DNA from: Candidatus Eiseniibacteriota bacterium
GTDB taxonomy: Bacteria > Eisenbacteria > RBG-16-71-46 > CAVPCR01
Assembly: GCA_963823555.1 (NCBI GenBank)
Contig: CAWGMA010000003.1
Span: forward strand, 576,001 to 640,000
Direction: 5' to 3'
Length of the DNA: 64,000 bases
Shown: in pieces, positions 50,245-60,593 of the stretch
Numbering within the stretch: the first letter of the stretch is position 1
Layout of the letters: every line of letters starts with the position of its first letter
Translations under genes and position numbers: made by a program
The notes under the pieces: generated by a model
Database searches by the model: none
Seen by the model: only the letters and a program-made list of their open reading frames with translations
What the model was told of the DNA's origin: nothing

Positions 50245-51033
50245 TTGCCAGGCGCATCACCGGTATTGAGGATGGTAGGGAGGCGTTGGACCGTAGGAGG
50301 GACCTTGCACTGCACCGCCATCATCGTCACGCTGCTTACTATGGTCTGTGCTGCCGCGCCTACGTACCACACTCGTGGGCAGAGCACTCCCAATCCGTAT
50401 GTACTCGACGGACTTCGCAAAGCCCCGCACGAGTTCAGCATCGGTCGCCTCCCTCCCATAAGTGAGGTTGATGGATGCTGGCTTGACGACGACCAGTGGA
50501 ATGCCCTTCGTCGTGCGTTGATCGATAGCATCGCCTGCACCGATTGCAGCATGGGTTGGGCAGGCGATGTGCCTAGGCTAGTTGTCGTGCGACCGGTCGG
50601 TCCCGACGGGAGCAGTGCCTACTGGAATATCCAATTCGCCATGCTGTCAGCGGAAGGGGAACTGGAGGGCCTATGCCTAGGAGCATCCACCATGGGGTAT
50701 CGCGGGATTGGTCACCTGATCTACGATGACCTTGTGCCTTTCTTCCCGCTGGAGTGGTTCAAGGATCTTGATGGGGATGGCCTGAATGAGCTTATTCTCT
50801 GGGACAGTGTTCTAACAGTCGAGGAGCTACTATCAACAAATGCCGACTACGCCCTGGTCCCCCGAATCTACCAGCTGCGAGGCAACAAGTTGATAGAGAA
50901 GGCATCGCTCGGGCGGCTCCTCTATCAACAGGTTGCCGCCGTCTATGACGGCCTCGGTCGAGACACCTGGCTTCCGCCGGGTATCGCAGCTGCCATTCGG
51001 GTCTATCTCGCGGAGTCAACTGAGCAGCGGTGA
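50245..51033 (+). CDS. Hypothetical secreted protein (start uncertain)
   Basis: Hydrophobic N-region; DLDGDGLNELI (FG-GAP/EF-like) motif. Confidence 0.6.
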   Translation: MPGASPVLRMVGRRWTVGGTLHCTAIIVTLLTMVCAAAPTYHTRGQSTPNPYVLDGLRKAPHEFSIGRLPPISEVDGCWLDDDQWNALRRALIDSIACTDCSMGWAGDVPRLVVVRPVGPDGSSAYWNIQFAMLSAEGELEGLCLGASTMGYRGIGHLIYDDLVPFFPLEWFKDLDGDGLNELILWDSVLTVEELLSTNADYALVPRIYQLRGNKLIEKASLGRLLYQQVAAVYDGLGRDTWLPPGIAAAIRVYLAESTEQR

Positions 51034-51473
51034 GTGCTGCCTGGCCGAACCCTCCCGAAGCTTGCTGACCAGGCGGAAACCGCGTATACTCCCGCCAATT
51101 CAGTAGGCTCCTCGCCAAGCCGAGCGCCGCACCCCATCCACGCCGCCCGACCGACGAGGCCTGAATCCACGTGGTCCAAGGAGGACGCCCATGGACCCTC
51201 CCGGCTGCGTCTCCGCTCTTCCTCGCCTTCTGCCTGTCCTCGCCACCTGGCCGGAGGCCCTTTCTCCGTCTTGTCGTTGCCTGACGTGACTGCTTCAGCG
51301 TATATTTCCCGGGCGGAGCCCGAAAGCCGAACTGCATCTGAGTTACCCGCCCGGTCAGGCAAATCATCACCGGACCTACCGGCCGAGAAGGAAGGGCGCT
51401 GACTCTGTCTGTCCAACATCGCCGAGGGTGTGTTGGAAGTACCTTGGCTGCAAGATGGCAAACTCCTGGTCTC

Positions 51474-51840
51474 TCAGCACTCCATCCCGCGCAGCCGCTC
51501 GAACATCTCCTCGTCGCTCGGGTGCGTATACACGACGGTCGTGAGCGGGCTCGCATGCCGGGCGAACCGCTGGGCGAGGAAGAGGTCGTGCGTCGCACGG
51601 TATACACAGGTTATTGCGCGATGCCGCAGACAATGGAATCCGTAAAGCCGCGAGAACCCGGCGACCACCTGCCACGCGCGGAACAGGACCTGCACGCGAC
51701 GACGTGAGATGCGCCGCCGTCCCTGGTTGCAGAAGAGCGGGGCCGAGGAGTGGAGTCGCTCGCGGCGCGTCTGCTTGTAGAGCCAGAAGCGCGTCAGCTT
51801 CTCGACCAGCGCGTCGGGAACGAACACGTCTCCCGTGCGG
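51474..51840 (-). pseudogene. Small tyrosine recombinase C-terminal part (fragment 7), cut by the rve IS
   Basis: GDVFVPDALV…FHCLRH…FARH…VVYTH…LRGMEC. Confidence 0.9.
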
Positions 51841-51841
51841 C

Positions 51842-53015
51842 CGCGTAGTGTCCGAAAAGTCGATCGTGCTGCCGGAGCGCCAGATACGGTGCATCTGGTA
51901 GCCTCGTCGCATGCTTGACTCCATCCGCTTCCGCCTCTTCCTGGCCACCTTCGCTGGCTGGGTTGGTCGGCGCCAGACCCGTGCGATCGCCTATCTTATA
52001 GAAGAGAACCGCGTGCTGAAGGAACAGCTCCAGTCTGGCGGCCGCCGTCTGCGCTTCACCGACGACCAGCGTCGCCGGCTGGCCGCCAAGGGTAAGCCGT
52101 TGGGTCGCCGACTCCTTGAGCAGATCGCCACGATCGTGACCCCGGACACCATCCTGGCCTGGCATCGGCGGCTGATCGCCGCGAAGTGGACCTATCCCCA
52201 CAGGGGCGTTGGTCGACCCGGGGTCATGAAGGAGATCCGCGAGCTGGTGGTGCGGATGGCGGAGGAGAACCCGAGCTGGGGCTATGCGCGAATCCAGGGT
52301 GCGCTGAAGCACCTTGACCACCGTGTGGCTCGCAGCACGATCGCGAGGGTGCTGAAGGAGCACGGCATCAAGCCGTCGCCAGAGCGACCGATGAGTTGGG
52401 CGACGTTCGTCCGAGCACATGCCACCGCCATCGCGGCGGCGGACTTGTTCACCACGGAGGTGTGGACCGCTCGGGGCCTGGTCCGGTACTTCACGTTGTT
52501 CGTGATCGACATCGCAACCCGCCGTGTCCACATCGCCGGGACGACGGCGAACCCGAGTTCGGTGTGGATGGTGCAGATGGCGCGGAACCTGACGGACTGC
52601 GGCACTGGCTTCCTGGTCGGGAAACGGTACCTGATCATCGATCGGGATTCGATCTTCTCGCCGCGCTTCAAGGCGATTCTGGAAGGTGCCGGTGTCGAGA
52701 TCCTGCTCACGGCGTACCAGGCGCCGAACATGAACGCCTATGCCGAGCGTTTCGTGCGGTCGATCAAGTCGGAGTGCCTGGCCCGGATGATCTTCCTGGG
52801 GCGAAGGTCCCTCGACCGGGCGATCGCCGAGTACGCAGCGCACTACCATGACGAGCGGAGCCACCAGGGGATCGGGAACGAGCTTATCGGCGGTGCGGTG
52901 GCGCAGCGGGAAGGTGTCGTCGGCACCAGCGAACGGTTGGGTGGCCTGCTCAAGTACTATCACCGACAGGCAGCTTGAGATGCGCGTCGTCGATCGAGTT
53001 TTCGGACAGCACGGG
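51842..53015 (+). mobile_element. IS-like element with rve transposase (type 1)
   Basis: IRs CGTAGTGTCCGAAAAGTCGATCG and CGATCGAGTTTTCGGACAGCACG. Confidence 0.88.
51911..52978 (+). CDS. Integrase-core (rve) transposase
   Basis: [37 protein letters not shown]. Confidence 0.92.
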   Translation: MLDSIRFRLFLATFAGWVGRRQTRAIAYLIEENRVLKEQLQSGGRRLRFTDDQRRRLAAKGKPLGRRLLEQIATIVTPDTILAWHRRLIAAKWTYPHRGVGRPGVMKEIRELVVRMAEENPSWGYARIQGALKHLDHRVARSTIARVLKEHGIKPSPERPMSWATFVRAHATAIAAADLFTTEVWTARGLVRYFTLFVIDIATRRVHIAGTTANPSSVWMVQMARNLTDCGTGFLVGKRYLIIDRDSIFSPRFKAILEGAGVEILLTAYQAPNMNAYAERFVRSIKSECLARMIFLGRRSLDRAIAEYAAHYHDERSHQGIGNELIGGAVAQREGVVGTSERLGGLLKYYHRQAA

Positions 53016-53334
53016 CGGGAACCCGTCGTTGGACCAGACGCAGCGGCGCGATTCTGCTTGACGCGGAATCGCCCCTACACTAGCCTTCACGTAGGTTTCC
53101 AGAGGTACCGGAAACCACTAGGCAAAGGCAGGCCGTCGCTCGTAGGTCCGCCTGGGGGCCGTCCTTCGTGGGCCCGACCTACCTCATGCCCGGGATCCCC
53201 TCCTCAGGCAGCCAGTCAAGTAATAGCCCACCCGGAATACGTTTCGGGTCCGCGCTTAGCAGGGACGCTGGCGTCCTCGTCTGAGGGGCTCGTGTCGCGG
53301 GCCGGTCCTTCCGGCCAGTGAGGGGGGAGATGCA

Positions 53335-53685
53335 ATGAGACTCGAATCTCTCGTACTTGTGTTTGGTCTGCTCATGGTGACGTCGCTTCCTTCGTCGGCG
53401 GACTGCATTCACGGATGCAGCACGATAAGCGTAGGCATACTGGATTACGTGAGGATCACCCAGCCGGTTGAATCGGACTGCAGCCCCGATTGCTCAGCGG
53501 GAACCGGCACCCAGTATCGCATTGAGATCCTCGACGGTACCTGTGGCGGAGATGTAATGGACGAAGGTGACTTCTGCACGTCAGAGCCCATCACCGCCGG
53601 TAAGATCTATCAAGTCATCGCTATCAGCAGCGGGTGTTCGGGAACCCCGCAGGGATGCGTAAAGATCTGCGGCCCATGCGATTAA
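53335..53685 (+). CDS. Small secreted Cys-rich protein
   Basis: Signal peptide; 10 Cys; ends GCVKICGPCD. Confidence 0.8.
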   Translation: MRLESLVLVFGLLMVTSLPSSADCIHGCSTISVGILDYVRITQPVESDCSPDCSAGTGTQYRIEILDGTCGGDVMDEGDFCTSEPITAGKIYQVIAISSGCSGTPQGCVKICGPCD

Positions 53686-53784
53686 TCACCTTGCAGCGCT
53701 GCCGCACTGCATTCTGACGCCTCGGGGGCCCTTTGGCCTCCGGTTTGGGCATGGCTCATAACGGCTCATAAGAGGAGTCATGAC

Positions 53785-55284
53785 ATGGAAGCGCATGCGG
53801 CGAGGGGACCGAAGGCCCGGTGGATGTGGGCCGGCATCGGCCTTGTCCTGATTGCCGGCGCGCGGACGGAGGGAGCAACGCGGCGAGTGCCGGCGGACTT
53901 CCCGACCATCCAGCTTGCCATCGATGCGTCCGAAACGTCCGGTGATACGGTGCTCGTGAGCCCGGGGACCTACGTCGAGAACATCGAGATCCTACACAAG
54001 GACATCGTGCTCCTGAGTGCGGAAGGTCCCGAGATAACCATCATTGACGGCAGCCAGCCGTCAAACCCTGACACGGCATCTGTTGCATTCCTGCTCGGCG
54101 TCGGAATTGGAGGGAAGACCGAGGGCTTCACCATGCGGGGAGGGGCAGGCGCAATCGGTGTTATCTCAGGAGTGGGCACCGGAGGCGGTGGCATCTGCAT
54201 TGTCGATTCCATCGATGAAGGCCCGACGATCCAGGGCAACTGGATTCTCCACAACATGGCCACTCGTGGTGGCGGCGTGCTTGTTGCGGGCGCAGCTCGC
54301 GTCCTTGGCAACCGCATCGCATTCAACACGGCAGAAGACGGAGGGGGCGGCATTGGGATCTTTGAATCGGGTCTTCCAACTAGTACGCCGCGCCGATTGA
54401 TTGCCGACAATGAGATCTTCTTGAATCAAGCATCCAGCGGAGGTGGGATCGCCTATGTTCCCTTCAACGGAGGCGCCGGGTTCGATGGGGTCGACATCCT
54501 GGGCAATGTGGTGGCCTGCAATCAAGCGGTAAGCCAAGGGGGTGGAATGCGGGTATCAGGCCACCCGGGGAGCACGCGTATCGAGGGGAACACGATTTTC
54601 GGGAACTGGAGCCAGCAGCTAGGGGGCGCGATGTACCTCTGGGTGCTGTCCGGCAACCAGCTCGAGGTCCAAGGCAACGTGGTGGTCTACAATCTCGGCG
54701 GAAACGCCGTGGACTGCTCTGATCTCCCCGGCCCGCAACCGATGTTCACTTGTAACGACATCTTCGGCAACCAGCCGACGAACTCGGTCGGTGAGGTGTG
54801 CGGGGAGGTGCTGGGATTAAACAACAACTTCAGTCTCGACCCCGCGTTCGGCAGTGCCGACTGCGCCCCGACAGAACCCTACCATTTCTGCCTTCTTTCG
54901 GGATCGCCACTGCTACCCGAGAACTCGCCTCCGGGCTGCGGGCTGATCGGAGCGCGGGGGGCGTGCGCATGGGTCGGGATCGAAGTGTCCGAGCCGACTC
55001 CTCGTGCGGATCCGGCGGTGCTCCCAGCCCAGCCCAACCCCTTTGCCGAGCGGACGGCGATGCCGATCGATCTCCCTGAGGCAGCCGAAATCCGGGTTCA
55101 GATCGTGAACGCCCGCGGCGCTGCGGTCATCGAGCTGACGCCGGGTCGTTTTCCGGCAGGGGAGCATCGCGTTACCTGGGACGGACGTGACGCGCGCGGT
55201 CGCCGGTGTCCGGCAGGTGTCTACTTCGCGAGGATGCAGGCGGGAGAGCGGCAGTTCCAGAGCCGGCTTCTGCTGCTGCGTTGA
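53785..55284 (+). CDS. Secreted beta-helix protein with FlgD-like CTD
   Basis: GAGGAG RBS; ATRRVPADFPTIQLAI…; GGG repeats; PNPF…WDGRD…AGVYF. Confidence 0.92.
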   Translation: MEAHAARGPKARWMWAGIGLVLIAGARTEGATRRVPADFPTIQLAIDASETSGDTVLVSPGTYVENIEILHKDIVLLSAEGPEITIIDGSQPSNPDTASVAFLLGVGIGGKTEGFTMRGGAGAIGVISGVGTGGGGICIVDSIDEGPTIQGNWILHNMATRGGGVLVAGAARVLGNRIAFNTAEDGGGGIGIFESGLPTSTPRRLIADNEIFLNQASSGGGIAYVPFNGGAGFDGVDILGNVVACNQAVSQGGGMRVSGHPGSTRIEGNTIFGNWSQQLGGAMYLWVLSGNQLEVQGNVVVYNLGGNAVDCSDLPGPQPMFTCNDIFGNQPTNSVGEVCGEVLGLNNNFSLDPAFGSADCAPTEPYHFCLLSGSPLLPENSPPGCGLIGARGACAWVGIEVSEPTPRADPAVLPAQPNPFAERTAMPIDLPEAAEIRVQIVNARGAAVIELTPGRFPAGEHRVTWDGRDARGRRCPAGVYFARMQAGERQFQSRLLLLR

Positions 55285-55313
55285 CCGCGTGGCCGGGGCC
55301 GCGTACTGCTATA

Positions 55314-55618
55314 TCTGTCCGTCCCGAAAACTCCGTAGCGCGGGTCCGTTGCGCTTTTGGGCGCGTAGTGTCCGAAAATACGATCGTGCTGCCAGGACGC
55401 CATTTACAGCGCATCTGATAGCATCGTTGGATGCTCGATGCCATCCGCTTCCGCCTCTTCCTGGCCCCTCAGCACACCATTCCCCTGAGCCTCTCGAACA
55501 TCTCCTCGTCGGATACATGGGTATAGACGACTGACCGTCCCGAAAACTCCGAGTCGCGGTTCCATCTGTCTGTCCGTCCCGAAAACTCCGTATCGCGGGT
55601 CCGTTGCGCTGTTGGGCC
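55314..55618 (+). repeat. Scar cluster: three CCGTCCCGAAAACTCCG repeats, rve left end (55364) fused to integrase 3' tip (55469-55530, fragment 8)
   Basis: Direct repeats near 55314, 55535 and 55569; chimeric junction also at 59691-59845. Confidence 0.8.
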
Positions 55619-55714
55619 GGATGGATCCTCGGAATGCTGGTTGGCAGCATGATCCTGGTGGAACCGAAGAGCACGAGTGCTGGGAGTCGCTGTGGTTGGC
55701 GCGTTCGGGACACG

Positions 55715-56216
55715 CGTAGTTGTCCGAAAAGTCGATCGCGCTGCAAGGACGCCAGTTACAGCGCACCTGATAGAATCGTCGGATGCTCGATGCCATCCGC
55801 TTCCGCCTCTTCCTGGCTACTTTCGCCGGCTGGGTTGGCCGTCGCCAGGCCCGTGCAATCACCTATCTTATAGAGGCTCTTCCGGGAATCGTGTGGGTAA
55901 ACGGGTGCCGATCGGAGAGCCGTGGATACTGACGCCCCGAAGCCTGGGGCTTGGACAGCGGCCCACTCCCCACCTCTCCCGTCAAGCCGCTGCCCACAGT
56001 CTCCACGGCTCCAACAACTTAGAAGCTGTCGCATGATTTCCCCCGCCCCGGCCTTGAGGCGTCGGGCCCGGCGCGATCGGAGCCCTCGGGCGCTGGCTCC
56101 CTGGTTTCACGCACACGAAAGCCGGAAGAGCCCTTATAGAAGAGAACCGCGTCCTGAAGGAACAGCTCCAGTCGGGCGGTCGCCGCCTGCGCTTCACCGA
56201 CGACCAGCGCCGCCGA
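55715..56216 (+). mobile_element. 5' remnant of the type-1 rve IS, interrupted by a MITE
   Basis: Matches 51844-52078 on both sides of the MITE. Confidence 0.85.
55875..56132. mobile_element. 258-bp ISL3-like MITE
   Basis: IRs GGCTCTTCCGG…TCGTGTG; 8-bp TSD CTTATAGA at 55867-55874 and 56133-56140. Confidence 0.88.
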
Positions 56217-56481
56217 GCTTGACAGCCTCGATGAACAGGTATCAAATCGTATCGGCGGTCTCCCGGCTAGGGAAGCCCCTTCGAACCGACCACGTGGCTG
56301 TGCCCACAGCGGTTCACCCGCCCTGGACGCTCCAGCGGCCTGTTCGTTGAGCCCCTACCGGGCGATCCATGGAATCGTCGTGGCGCGGAGGGAGATCCCC
56401 GGTCACGAAGAGCAGGCAGGGTAGAGTTCATTACTATTCCTAGGCTTGCCGGGATCAGATTGAATCATGGAGGGTGCTCTA

Positions 56482-56721
56482 ATGAAGACGACCGCTTTAG
56501 CCGTCATTCTCGTCTCTGCTGTCGCCGTTGCCACCGCTGTGGCTCCCGATCTTGCTTGGGCTCAGCCCGAATGCACCGAAGTCTGGTTTCAGTTGGAGGA
56601 CCCGCTGCATGACCCCCCATGCACCTGCACGATTGTTGCTACCGAGAGCATCCTGTCAGGCGACTACCTGATCCAGGAGGTCGATGGCGCTTGCTTCATG
56701 GTATGTCAACCTTGTCCATAG
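56482..56721 (+). CDS. Small secreted Cys-rich protein
   Basis: GGAGG RBS; signal peptide; AQPECT…DPPC…SILSGDY…ACFMVCQPCP. Confidence 0.8.
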   Translation: MKTTALAVILVSAVAVATAVAPDLAWAQPECTEVWFQLEDPLHDPPCTCTIVATESILSGDYLIQEVDGACFMVCQPCP

Positions 56722-56730
56722 TCTAACGTC

Positions 56731-59070
56731 ATGAGTGCATTAACACACGGCCGGGCACTTCACCGCTGGCAAGCCACCAGAGCAGGTTCCCCTTGGCGCC
56801 ACGGCTGGGGACTTGCTCTTGCTCTGGCGTTGGCGTCCACTCCCAGCGCCGCCCTGACCATTCTGGTTCCTGGGAATGCCCCGACGATCCAGGGGGGAAT
56901 CGATCTTGCCGCCCCAGGCGACACCGTCGTTGTTGCCGCGGGTATCTACACAGGTGCTGGCAACCGTAGCCTCAACTTCTCCGGCAAGGCGTTGGTACTG
57001 CGGTCGGCGGCTGGACCAGCAGCCACCACCATCGATTGCCAGAACCTTGCTCGGGGCTTCGTGTTTGAAACAGCGGAGACGCCCCTCACAATCGTTCAGG
57101 GCTTCACGATTCGGAACGGTCTCGCAGCACTTGATTATGGCGGGGGCATGATCATGTCCGGCTCATCGCCTACCATTCGCGACTGCGTCATAACGAATAG
57201 CCATGCCAACAGTGGTGGTGCTCTCTTTCTCAGCCAAGCGTCACCGCAGCTCGAGGGATGCACGCTCTCGGCCAACAGCGCCGACAACTGGGGCGGGGCC
57301 ATCTATTGCGAGAGCTCCTCTCATCTCACCTTCACTGACTGTGTCGTCGCTGACAACTCCTCGGCGATGGGCGCCGGCATCTACGCGCTTGCCGGCACGG
57401 AACTCGCGATCAGTCGCTGTAGCTTCATGCGGAACATCCCGGTGAATCTCGCTGGAGGTATTTTCGCCCAGGGTGCCACGGTTGGCATCAGGGGTTCCAG
57501 CTTTAGCGCAAACGAAGGCAAGTATGGAGGTGGCATCTACGGCATCGACGGATGCTCAGTCACCGTGGATAGTTGCTCCTTTTCAATGAATGTCGCGGAC
57601 TTCGCCGGTGGTGGATTGTACACAGACCAATCGTCTCTGTCTCTGGCCGGGTGTACATTCCAGGGCAATCGAACCACGACGGAGGCCCCTCCAGGCATCA
57701 ACGGGGGAGGGGCCGGTCTTCACGCCGAGACCTTTGCCTTGCCCACTGCTGTCTTCTCGATGTCAGACTGCGTGTTCACGGATAATGAGACCTTCGGTGC
57801 CGGTGCCGATGGGGGAGGTGCGTTCGTCAAATTCGGTCAGACCCCGCGGATGACAGTGGAGCGCTGTGTCTTTTCGGAGAATCATGCGGATCGATATGGC
57901 GGAGGTGCGCGCGTATTTGGCGCTCCATACACGATTCGGGACTGCGCATTCAGCGGCAACACGGCTGGCAATGATGGGGGTGGGCTCGAGGCCAGCGGGG
58001 GGGTGGGTCAGGAGTGTCTCATAGTCGACTGCGTGATCACCAACAATCACAGTGGTACACGGGGGGGCGGGCTAGAACCCGGTGCCGGCAGTGGGTCGCT
58101 GACAATCTCCGGGTGCACCATTGCAGAGAATACCGCGGCGATTGAGGGCGGAGGAATCCGGTATCTTGTCTCCCCTACCGTCACTTCCTCACCAACGTTG
58201 TTGATCGAGAGCTGTCAGTTTACCCGGAACAGCGCTGGCCAGGGGGGCGGTGTCTACGTGCGGACCGGTTCGCCGTATGGTACTGGGGACACGAGGATCA
58301 CCAATTGCCTGTTTGATCGGAATGCGGCCACGATGGGCGGTGGGATCGCTGTCATGCCGCATCAGGGTAACGGTGCCGCTAGCATTGAAGGCTGCACATT
58401 GGTCAACGGTGCTTCGCCGGACGGGGGAGGGCTCAAGGTCGGCTCACTCTATGGGACATGGGGGAGCCGGACGGTCAGCGTCGAGGTCGCAAACTCGATC
58501 ATCGCATTTGGCGAAGCCGGGGTGGCAGTGAGTGTCGATACGCTGAGTACGGCTGTGCTGTCTTGCACGGACATCTTCGGCAATGCGGGCGGCGATTGGA
58601 CCGGACGGATCGCCGACCAACTTGGGATCAACGGTTGCTTCTCGGCGGACCCGCTCTTCTGCAATGCGGTGGCTGGAGATTACACACTGGCGGAAACCTC
58701 GCCCTGCGCCCCCGCGCATTCGCCGGTAGGGTGCGGGCTGATCGGGGCTCACCCGGTAGCGTGTGCGGCACCGATCGGGGTGGCGGATGAGGGAGCGCCG
58801 AGGATTGGCCCGCTCCTGCGTGTGCTGCCGAACCCGCTGCGGGGGGCGGGGACGATCGAGTGGATGGGAGCAGGGGTCGCGTCTGAGTTGCGGCTCTACG
58901 ACGCCGCAGGCCGACTGGTGGCGAGGCAGAGGGGTGAGGGCAGCCGCGGCCGGATGTCGTGGAGCGACCTGACCAGAGGCGGTGATGTGGCTTCAGGGGT
59001 GTACTTTCTGGAGTTGGGGTCGGACGGTGGAGGAGTGGCTGCTCGGTCGCGGCTCGTGGTGATTAGGTAG
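56731..59070 (+). CDS. Large secreted beta-helix protein with CTD
   Basis: VPGNAPTIQGGI…; many CxFxxN…GGG repeats; PNP…SGVYF. Confidence 0.92.
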   Translation: MSALTHGRALHRWQATRAGSPWRHGWGLALALALASTPSAALTILVPGNAPTIQGGIDLAAPGDTVVVAAGIYTGAGNRSLNFSGKALVLRSAAGPAATTIDCQNLARGFVFETAETPLTIVQGFTIRNGLAALDYGGGMIMSGSSPTIRDCVITNSHANSGGALFLSQASPQLEGCTLSANSADNWGGAIYCESSSHLTFTDCVVADNSSAMGAGIYALAGTELAISRCSFMRNIPVNLAGGIFAQGATVGIRGSSFSANEGKYGGGIYGIDGCSVTVDSCSFSMNVADFAGGGLYTDQSSLSLAGCTFQGNRTTTEAPPGINGGGAGLHAETFALPTAVFSMSDCVFTDNETFGAGADGGGAFVKFGQTPRMTVERCVFSENHADRYGGGARVFGAPYTIRDCAFSGNTAGNDGGGLEASGGVGQECLIVDCVITNNHSGTRGGGLEPGAGSGSLTISGCTIAENTAAIEGGGIRYLVSPTVTSSPTLLIESCQFTRNSAGQGGGVYVRTGSPYGTGDTRITNCLFDRNAATMGGGIAVMPHQGNGAASIEGCTLVNGASPDGGGLKVGSLYGTWGSRTVSVEVANSIIAFGEAGVAVSVDTLSTAVLSCTDIFGNAGGDWTGRIADQLGINGCFSADPLFCNAVAGDYTLAETSPCAPAHSPVGCGLIGAHPVACAAPIGVADEGAPRIGPLLRVLPNPLRGAGTIEWMGAGVASELRLYDAAGRLVARQRGEGSRGRMSWSDLTRGGDVASGVYFLELGSDGGGVAARSRLVVIR

Positions 59071-59129
59071 GGGGGCGAGCGCCGGGGGCCGCGGCAGAGA
59101 CGGAGAGTGGTTCGCATACCGTCCCATTT

Positions 59130-59418
59130 GGGGAGCCATCGTGCGGAGTCGCGAACTGCAAGCGGCTCCGTGGTTGACAGGAGACCCCGACGGAGAGATC
59201 CGCCGGGGTCTCGTTCTTATGCGAGAAATGGCACCGAGTTGCGGGTGCAAGCGCGGCGGGTGCGACTCTCTGTTTGCGAACCGGGGGAGTTGGCGGCCCG
59301 AGGTGGCGTCGCGAAATGGGCGGTTGGCGGGCGAAACTCTCTCTTCCACGGCGAGAGTCGGAGAACTGGTTAACAGGTGTGGCCTACTTGGGGGGCCAAG
59401 TAGGACGGGTTTCGAGAA
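59130..59418 (+). repeat. Module R1 copy 3 with att-like core
   Basis: GGTTCG-N15-GGGGAGCCA (59109-59138) followed by R1 sequence. Confidence 0.9.
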
Positions 59419-59690
59419 CGCTTGGTCCGGTGCTCGTGACGCTGCGCACATCGCATAATCGCGGCAAGGCGTCTTGCACCTTCACGGCGACCCAGGAATC
59501 TACAAAGAGAATTGTAGCCATTCAGCGTCGCGCGGACTTGTTCACGCTACTGGCGCGGCGTAACGTTGAAGGCGTGGGAACCTGGGCAGGCCGCCTAGGA
59601 CAAGACCCAGTCCCGGCACGTGGGAGCAGCGACTCGGAGGATTCCAATGATATCCCGGCGACTTTTCGGCGATATTGGCCGCGTGGCGAT

Positions 59691-59845
59691 CCCGTAGTGT
59701 CCGAAAAGTCGATCGTGCTGCCAGGACGCCAGTTACGGTGCATCTGGTAGCATCGTCGGATGCTTGATGCCATCCGCTTTCGCTTCTTCCTGGTCCCTCA
59801 GCACACCATCATCCCCCTCAGCCTCTCGAACATCCCCTCGTCCGA
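59691..59845 (+). repeat. rve left end fused to integrase 3' tip (fragment 9, 59798-59845)
   Basis: Same junction TTCCTGG(C/T)CCCTCAGCACACCAT as 55364-55530. Confidence 0.85.
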
Positions 59846-59953
59846 CGGATGGATCGAAGCTGCAACGGGCGTTCCAGATTCCGCGTTCATGTTGCATTCG
59901 AGTTTCAACTTCACCTTTCGGCAGATCGGTTTCCTACAAGGCCGGATTTCTGC

Positions 59954-60087
59954 TTGCCAGGGTGTGAAGCGAGGAGCATCCTTGAACTCGGTTCCCCGGC
60001 TCGGACCGCGAGCCGGGCCCCAGGCCAGACCTCACCGCCCGGCGACCCCACGCGGGTCCCGGCGCCAAGCCGCCCGACGATGAGGCC
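59954..60087 (+). promoter_or_regulatory. Promoter plus conserved leader, copy 2
   Basis: TTGCCA-17-CATCCT followed by a leader similar to 37652-37765. Confidence 0.6.
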
Positions 60088-60120
60088 CGACGAGCAAGGA
60101 GTTTCAGCGGGAGGTGGGTT

Positions 60121-60507
60121 GTGAAGGCAAGTGTTCTCTTCGTGATGCTCGTGACAATGGTGGGACTGAGCTACGGGGTGTGCGCGGCGCAACCCGATTG
60201 TACGAACGTCTACCTGAAGATCTACGATCCAGTAAGCGATCCACCGTGTGGGGACCAATCCGGCGTGACCACGGGTTGGTTCATCCACGTGACTTCGTCG
60301 CCGTCCTCAGTCAATGGTGGGACGTGCTCAACGTTCTCGCTCAACCAGCTCTACGCCGACGTTGACTTCTTTAACACTCTGGGCTGCGGCACGCAGCATG
60401 TCTTTACCTGTGACATCGCAGCGAGCTCAAGCATCCTTTCCGGATACTACGAGCTTGATGACCTGGGTGATGGCTGTTTCCGGGTGTGTGAGACATGCAC
60501 CCCGTAA
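60121..60507 (+). CDS. Small secreted Cys-rich protein
   Basis: GGAGG RBS with GTG start; AQPDCT…DPPC…SILSGYY…GCFRVCETCTP. Confidence 0.8.
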   Translation: MKASVLFVMLVTMVGLSYGVCAAQPDCTNVYLKIYDPVSDPPCGDQSGVTTGWFIHVTSSPSSVNGGTCSTFSLNQLYADVDFFNTLGCGTQHVFTCDIAASSSILSGYYELDDLGDGCFRVCETCTP

Positions 60508-60593
60508 GGAGGGGGAATCGGAGCCTCAAACTATGGGGACTGCGCGATTCGGTCCCCGGAGCTAGGGCGAGCGCATTGAGTCGTCAGGGACGA

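Noticed and set aside
53100..53230. c-di-GMP-I riboswitch upstream of 53335
   Set aside because: Only GGCAAA matches; the GAAA-loop P2 and GACGCAAAGC elements are absent.
26093..59845. Classical integron (IntI plus attC)
   Set aside because: The recombinase is too short and shows no IntI-specific insertion; I saw no regular attC sites after genes, and genes have mixed orientations.
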